Shown: positions 58,761 to 64,000 of the stretch, one piece after another
How positions within the stretch are numbered: the first letter of the stretch is position 1
Layout: each line of letters starts with the position of its first letter
NCBI GenBank assembly: GCA_002010065.2
Contig: MTMD02000002.1
Location: 512,001-576,000, forward strand
DNA: 64,000 bases
Direction: 5' to 3'
Source of the DNA: Candidatus Pyrohabitans jungbluthii
GTDB taxonomy: Archaea > Hydrothermarchaeota > Hydrothermarchaeia > Hydrothermarchaeales > BMS3B
Notes under the pieces: generated by a model
Database searches by the model: none
The model's input: only the letters and a program-made list of their open reading frames with translations
What the model was told of the DNA's origin: nothing
Made by a program: the position numbers and the translations under genes

Positions 58761-61300
58761 ATTATGCTTGCTTTGAGCCTTGAGAGCACCTCATCGTTGC
58801 GAAGCATGTCCTCTATGCACAGGAGGAGGTAATGGGAAAGGGCGAAAAATGCCCGAGCTTCGAGGTGGCTCCTCCTCCCGCCCTTCTCAAAGAGCTTCCT
58901 TGAAATCTGCCAGAGGGAAGCAAGAGGATAGGTGGAAATCTCCTTTATTAGTGAGGTGATTTTCCTGTCCACTTCGAAAATCTCCCTCTCAAGCTCGTCC
59001 TTTGTCAGCTTTCCAAGAAGGAAGGCCACTGTTTCTTCTAAGGGTAGCGGAGGTGCACCGCAAGCTTCTGCTTTCTGCTTTGGCGAAGCTTGGTAGAGGG
59101 CGACATTCTTCCAGTCCTGCATGGCTTCGCAGAGCATTGGAACAGCCTTTTCTGCTGCACTTATAAGGGCATCCACGTGTGCCTTAGAATCACTAAATTC
59201 AGATGTCAGGGCAAGGACTTCGATGCCATCTATAATACCGTAGCCTATGCTTCTGAAGTAAGCTGGCAGGCATGGGTCGTGCTCGGCGACACGCTCATAG
59301 GCTTCGTCAAGGGAGCGGCGCAGCTCTTCAAGGCGCTCTTCTTCCTCCCTGCCAAGGCGAAGCGCAGGCTCAAGCTCCACCTCAAGCCTGTCTACTACGC
59401 TCTCTGGCGTGAATTTCTTGAATGCTGGTTTAAAGCCCTTCTTCTCCACAGAAATCGTCGTAGCTTCGGGCTTAATCCTGAGGGTGGCGAAGCCTTCTGC
59501 GTCGGTTGTAGCCTCAATGTTTCCGCTCTTTACCAGTGCTCCGGAGAGAGGCAGGCTGCTCTTTGAGCTTCTGACTCTTACCCGCAGGGTGCGAAGAGCC
59601 TCGCGAGGTTCTGTAACCTGTGCCTGAGGCTTAGCTGGCTTGCTCCTTTTAAGTAGGAAAAACAGTAGCGCAGCAAAAATTGCGAGGGCTGCAATCACAG
59701 CGGCTTTATTCCTGCTTGGCAGGCTTGTCCACCTCTCCTCGAAGAGAGGCACTGCCAAAATTTTTTCTCCAGATATTATGAAAATTCGGCTCGCGTCAGG
59801 GGAGATTGTGGCATACTTAACGCCCTTCTCAGGATAGTACCGCCATATAAGCCTGCCTTGTTCCGCGTCGTACAGTTCAACGCTCTCTTGAGAAGCTGCA
59901 AGCAGGTAACCCCTGGCTGAGTGGAGTGAACTCATGTTCTGCTCCAGGGTTATATTCCAGAGGTGCTCACCTTTAGCAAAGGCGTGGATCTCATCCTTGA
60001 GCAGAGCGAAGACCACATCCTCATCCATGGTGACAGCAAGAATTGTTTTTTCAAAGCTTGTATTCCACACCAAAGCGCCGTCGTAGGTGTATAGATAAAG
60101 GGTGTCGTTCCCTGCAATGGCTATGCTCTCATTGGATATCGCTAAGCTAGCTGGCTTGAACTCAAGCTGCTTTGTCCAGAGCAGCGCGCCCGCGGTGTTG
60201 AAGAGGTACAGAGTATTACCGGCAATCACGCTTGAGCCCCGAGGGGAAGCGGCGAGAAGCTCAGTATTCTTATCAATGCTCGCGTTCCACACCTTCTGAG
60301 TGCCCCTGTACATGGAGAGTAGGTTTTTCTCAGCCACTAAGGAGTACTCCTCCGAGGCTGCAATCATGGGTGAAGTTTTCAGTGTTATAGAGGCGAGCAT
60401 CTCTCCCGTGGGCTTGAGGATGTACACCTCATTTCCCGCGACGGCGATAAGGTTCTGCGAGGTGGCGTGAAGCTGGGCAGGTGAGCGTGGAAGCAGTATC
60501 TCATAGAACTCAAGCCCCGCCTGAGAGAGGTTTACAAGGCGAACCCTTCTCGAAGCCTTGAAGCTCTGATTTCCCAGCGATACCACAACCTCTATTGGAT
60601 ACTCACCAGGGGGCAAGCCCGAGGTGTTCCAGTTGTAGGGCAGAGTCTCCGCAGTCTGGGTGCCGTTGATAAGCACAGCCACTGTCGCATTCTCTGGCAC
60701 AATCGTGGCATTTATTGCAATGCTCTCGCCGGTGGTGAAAACCTCTCCAGGTTTGGGGGAAGTTATTTCCGCATAGAGCGCAGGTGTGGTGTTGAGTACC
60801 TTAACCTCTGCGAAGGCAAAGGCTACGGCACAGCGCCCAAGGGAGGAGCACTGCTGGGGTGAGCACAGGTTGCTCGCCTCGCTGTTTGAGGCAAAGCTGG
60901 TGTCGAAGGCAAACACAGCAGTGAGCCTGTAGCTTCCCGGCTTTCGTGGAGCAAAGAAGCTGAACTCCACTGAAACGCTCTGGTTGGGAAGGGCGCTACC
61001 TGAGTATAGCTTGGCTACCTCAGCTTTGCTCCAGTTTCCGAAGAGGTTGACCCTCGCTTCGCCGGTAGCGTAGTTTCCAAACTTCCATGAGAGAACACCC
61101 CTCACATGCTGCCCCGGAGCGACGCTTATGCTGCTCTGAACCCCCTTTGCATTAGGGTCAAGGTCAAAGGAGGAGAGGGTTATCACTTCGAGGTTTTTTC
61201 CAGGGGTGGCGTAGTAGACATCCTTGGGGCATAGAGAATAAGCCTGGGGAAGAGCAAAGGCTATGAGGATGAGAAGAACAACCTTCCTCAGCATGCACAT
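58757..61300 (-). CDS. Single-pass protein: extracellular Ig-like and PQQ/BamB-like beta-propeller, cytoplasmic transthyretin-like and helical domain
   Basis: Signal peptide; repeats G..LW/VW; TM AAVIAALAIFAALLFFLLKR; PLSGALV...TTDAEGFA...KKGF. Confidence 0.72.
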   Translation of the reverse strand: MCMLRKVVLLILIAFALPQAYSLCPKDVYYATPGKNLEVITLSSFDLDPNAKGVQSSISVAPGQHVRGVLSWKFGNYATGEARVNLFGNWSKAEVAKLYSGSALPNQSVSVEFSFFAPRKPGSYRLTAVFAFDTSFASNSEASNLCSPQQCSSLGRCAVAFAFAEVKVLNTTPALYAEITSPKPGEVFTTGESIAINATIVPENATVAVLINGTQTAETLPYNWNTSGLPPGEYPIEVVVSLGNQSFKASRRVRLVNLSQAGLEFYEILLPRSPAQLHATSQNLIAVAGNEVYILKPTGEMLASITLKTSPMIAASEEYSLVAEKNLLSMYRGTQKVWNASIDKNTELLAASPRGSSVIAGNTLYLFNTAGALLWTKQLEFKPASLAISNESIAIAGNDTLYLYTYDGALVWNTSFEKTILAVTMDEDVVFALLKDEIHAFAKGEHLWNITLEQNMSSLHSARGYLLAASQESVELYDAEQGRLIWRYYPEKGVKYATISPDASRIFIISGEKILAVPLFEERWTSLPSRNKAAVIAALAIFAALLFFLLKRSKPAKPQAQVTEPREALRTLRVRVRSSKSSLPLSGALVKSGNIEATTDAEGFATLRIKPEATTISVEKKGFKPAFKKFTPESVVDRLEVELEPALRLGREEEERLEELRRSLDEAYERVAEHDPCLPAYFRSIGYGIIDGIEVLALTSEFSDSKAHVDALISAAEKAVPMLCEAMQDWKNVALYQASPKQKAEACGAPPLPLEETVAFLLGKLTKDELEREIFEVDRKITSLIKEISTYPLASLWQISRKLFEKGGRRSHLEARAFFALSHYLLLCIEDMLRNDEVLSRLKASII

Positions 61301-61326
61301 ATCTTTTACCCCCTCATTTATGAATC

Positions 61327-62109
61327 TTAGCCAGCTATCGGTTCGGCTTCAGCAAAGCCCCTCTTCAGCGCCTTAATCTTCACCTTCAGCCTCTCTCCTT
61401 TGCTGGCACCTTTAACGAATACCTTAACTCCGGCGATATACGCTATACCCTCGCCACGCCTGCTCACGTCCTGAACCACAGCCTCGTAAACCTCGCCCTT
61501 CTTCACAGGGGAGAAGCCCTTCGCAACCAGGTATATCTCTGCACTCTCGCTGCGGCTCGCCTTTGGTTTTGAGAGCTTAACGAAGGAGAAGCTTCGTTTA
61601 ACCTTTTCAACAAACTCCTTAATGAGGTCACCCTGGAACACCTTGACCAGAAAGGCGCCCCCAGGGCTGAGATGCTCCTCTGCTATGCTCAGGGCTTCCT
61701 CGCAGAGCTCAACACTTCGAGCATGGTCGATGCTCCACACACCACTTATATCCGGCGAGGCGTCGCTTATTACAGCCTCGCAGCTTGCGATAATCTCCTT
61801 CAGCTTTTCTCTTACCTCTGGGGAGGTGAAGTCACCCTTTATAAACACCACATTATCGTAGGACAGGGGCTCTATCCTCTGCAGGTCTACACCAACCACG
61901 AAACCAGAGTCGCCTACAATTTCGCGGGCAGCCTGTGTCCAGCCCCCAGGCGCTGCACCAAGCTCCAGCACGCGATCGCCAGCTTTCAAAATTTTGAAGT
62001 GCCGATTGAGCTGGAGAAGCTTGTACGCCGCTCGGGAGCGGTACTTCTCAAGCTTTGCCTTCCTGTAGTAGTAGTCCCGTCTTTTCTCAACTAGCCAACG
62101 CTTTCCCAT
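61327..62109 (-). CDS. rlmE: 23S rRNA Um2552 methyltransferase with C-terminal TRAM domain
   Basis: YRSRAAYKL, LELGAAPGGW, VISDASP, FLVKVFQG, KPKASRSESAEIY; TRAM GEGIAY. Confidence 0.93.
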   Translation of the reverse strand: MGKRWLVEKRRDYYYRKAKLEKYRSRAAYKLLQLNRHFKILKAGDRVLELGAAPGGWTQAAREIVGDSGFVVGVDLQRIEPLSYDNVVFIKGDFTSPEVREKLKEIIASCEAVISDASPDISGVWSIDHARSVELCEEALSIAEEHLSPGGAFLVKVFQGDLIKEFVEKVKRSFSFVKLSKPKASRSESAEIYLVAKGFSPVKKGEVYEAVVQDVSRRGEGIAYIAGVKVFVKGASKGERLKVKIKALKRGFAEAEPIAG

Positions 62110-62155
62110 AAACTCTTTAATCAATGTTAATCATCGTGGGTATTATTGAAAGAAC

Positions 62156-62989
62156 ATGGAAAGGCTTCTCTACCTGGGATGCATGATTTACAACCGCTTT
62201 CCTGACTATGAGCTCTCAGCAAAAGCGGTGCTTTCAAAGCTTGGGGTCAAGCTCAGAGACTTTCACGAGTTTTCGTGCTGCTCCTCTACCTTCATACCTT
62301 CTGCAAGCGATGAGTGGATTTACCTCGCCGCTTACAACCTCGCCCTTGCGGAGAGACAGAACGCTGCGATAATCACCCTATGCGGAACCTGCACAAGCAC
62401 CTTCAAGCGGGCGAACCTTATGCTCCAGGACGAGAAGCTTCTGGAGAAGGTCAACTCTCGCCTGGGTGAGGTTGGACTCAGCTACTCTGGTAAGGTGAGT
62501 GTGAACCACCTGCTTGAGGTGCTGAAGGAGAAGGAGAATAAGATAAAGGTGCTTGTAAGACAACCTTTAAAGCTCAGGGTTGCGCTTCAGCACCCGTGCA
62601 ATGTCTTCCGCCCAAGCTACGTTGCTCGCTTCGACGACCCCGCGAAGCCACGAGCTATGAGGGAGATTGTCACCCTTACAGGAGCAGAGATTGTGGACTA
62701 CGCCGAGGAGTACGAATGCTGCGGCTCCACGCTGCTGCTGACCTCACAAGCCTTAGGGATTGGCGCGGGGGCAAGCAAGCTCGCCTCCGCTCAAAGGGCT
62801 GGGGCAGAGGCTATGGTGGTAGCCTGCGGCAACTGCGCCTATCTCTTTGACAGGCATAAGGAGGAGATAAAGAAGCGCAACCCAAGCGCAGAGCTTCCCA
62901 CCCTCTTTATCACGCAGCTTCTGGGGTTGGCTTTCGGGCTGAGCAGGGAGGAACTCGGCTTGGACATAAGGGGGGTTGAGCTTGGGTGA
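62156..62989 (+). CDS. hdrB: Heterodisulfide reductase subunit B-like (CCG domains)
   Basis: YLGC, SCCS, YNLALAE, CGTC, HPC, ECCG, ACGNC, TQLLGLAFG. Confidence 0.8.
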   Translation: MERLLYLGCMIYNRFPDYELSAKAVLSKLGVKLRDFHEFSCCSSTFIPSASDEWIYLAAYNLALAERQNAAIITLCGTCTSTFKRANLMLQDEKLLEKVNSRLGEVGLSYSGKVSVNHLLEVLKEKENKIKVLVRQPLKLRVALQHPCNVFRPSYVARFDDPAKPRAMREIVTLTGAEIVDYAEEYECCGSTLLLTSQALGIGAGASKLASAQRAGAEAMVVACGNCAYLFDRHKEEIKKRNPSAELPTLFITQLLGLAFGLSREELGLDIRGVELG

Positions 62990-63350
62990 GCAGAGCAAGG
63001 TCTGCACCCGCTGCTCCGCGTGTACGCGGGTGTGCATCGCCACAAGGCTGGGCGTTCCCACGGGTGCAAGCGTGCTTGAACGCGAAGATAAATTCACCTG
63101 TGCTGGCTGTTGGAAGTGCGCTGAGATTTGCCCTCAGGGCATAGACATCTACAAATTAATGATGGAGGCTCGTCGCAAGGGTGAGCTACCGGAAAGCTTC
63201 AGAATGGGCATAAGGAACATCCTGGAAACCGGATACGCCATGCCCATGCGGGGGGTAAATGCGATACGCGAGATGTATCGTCTGCCTCCAATTGAGAGGG
63301 TTAAACCAGAGGTGGTAAAAAAACTCCTGCGCGGAGTTAGCGTAGCCTGA
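62976..63350 (+). CDS. hdrC: Heterodisulfide reductase subunit C-like 2x[4Fe-4S] protein
   Basis: CTRCSACTRVC and CAGCWKCAEICPQGI. Confidence 0.75.
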   Translation: MSLGEQSKVCTRCSACTRVCIATRLGVPTGASVLEREDKFTCAGCWKCAEICPQGIDIYKLMMEARRKGELPESFRMGIRNILETGYAMPMRGVNAIREMYRLPPIERVKPEVVKKLLRGVSVA

Positions 63351-63351
63351 G

Positions 63352-63561
63352 CTAAGGCTGCTCCTCTATTAGCTTGATTGCCTCTTCAACCAGCTTTTTG
63401 TGGCGCTCCTCAGATTCTATAAGCTCTGAAATAAAATTTTTTAACTCCTCATCCTCAAGCTCATTAAAGAGTTCCCTGTACACCTCCCGTGCGTTCTTCT
63501 CTATGTCGGCGAGGTTTCGCAGGGTGCCTGGAATTACATCGCTAGAACTCATCCACATCAC
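63352..63561 (-). CDS. Small ferritin-like (two-helix) protein
   Basis: IEKNAREVY...ESEERHKKLVEE (ExxH). Confidence 0.65.
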   Translation of the reverse strand: MMWMSSSDVIPGTLRNLADIEKNAREVYRELFNELEDEELKNFISELIESEERHKKLVEEAIKLIEEQP

Positions 63562-63781
63562 GCCCCTTAATCTTCTCCATCATCTGAAGTATTGCTGTTT
63601 TGTGTCCTTCCGACTCCCTCCTAATTATCTCTGCTATCTCAAGGATACGTGCCTTTTTTTCCTCGGGTAGTTCACTCCTCTCAATAAATTTTATGAGAGA
63701 ATGGGTTATAAGTGCAACCCCCTCATCCTCCAACTTAGCGATGTTTTCAAGTTTCTTAAGCAGCCTGCTCTTTTGTATCAT
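63542..63781 (-). CDS. Small ferritin-like (two-helix) protein
   Basis: KLEDEG...RESEGHKTAI (ExxH). Confidence 0.6.
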   Translation of the reverse strand: MIQKSRLLKKLENIAKLEDEGVALITHSLIKFIERSELPEEKKARILEIAEIIRRESEGHKTAILQMMEKIKGRDVDEF

Positions 63782-63864
63782 GTCCTCTTCACCTAATTTA
63801 TAGTTTATAGAACCTTTAATATAACCAACCTTTATATAACCACGCCTTCCATACCATTAGCTTA

Positions 63865-64000
63865 ATGGTGGACACCGAGTTCATAAAGATGCTGTTGATC
63901 TCTGCGCTCGTTGGTGGACTTCTTGGCGTGGAGCGCGAGCTTAAGGTGCAGGTAATCGCAGGTACGCGCACCTTCATGCTGATTTCAATCACCGGAACCC
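63865..64000 (+). CDS. MgtC/SapB family membrane protein (partial)
   Basis: MVDTEFIKMLLISALVGGLLGVERE...AGTRTFMLISI; runs off window. Confidence 0.8.
   Translation, partial: MVDTEFIKMLLISALVGGLLGVERELKVQVIAGTRTFMLISITGT

Noticed and set aside
1-64000. CRISPR arrays, cas genes, prophage or defence systems
   Set aside because: No regularly spaced repeats or recognisable cas, capsid or integrase genes were seen.

Overview
Archaeal (euryarchaeal-type, split RpoB''/B', CGP-CTERM sorting signals; a thermophile such as Hydrothermarchaeota is a guess) chromosomal window. The left end holds the RNA polymerase operon (rpoH-rpoB''-rpoB') behind a 5S rRNA-tRNA-Asp-tRNA-Lys cluster and a highly structured spacer. 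It is followed by a NorC/NorB nitric oxide reductase with heme O synthase, HemY and ferrochelatase genes, and membrane/surface proteins. The main feature is a ~19 kb co-directional cytochrome locus (23668-42470). It encodes a 3294-aa secreted cytochrome with about 69 CxxCH motifs (hand count), 60 hemes of which sit in five tandem 12-heme modules. It also encodes two tetraheme proteins resembling archaeal cytochrome nanowire subunits, a SipW-type signal peptidase, a 9-heme double-domain paralog, paired membrane proteins, a further multiheme cytochrome, a lipoprotein and anchored Ig-like proteins. A decayed IS remnant, two large CGP-CTERM surface proteins and archaemetzincin follow. A second candidate novel system has two divergent tubulin/FtsZ-family genes around a membrane coiled-coil gene. 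The window ends with rlmE, hdrB/hdrC-like genes, two half-ferritin genes and a partial MgtC/SapB gene. All calls are from motif recognition only; no searches were run.
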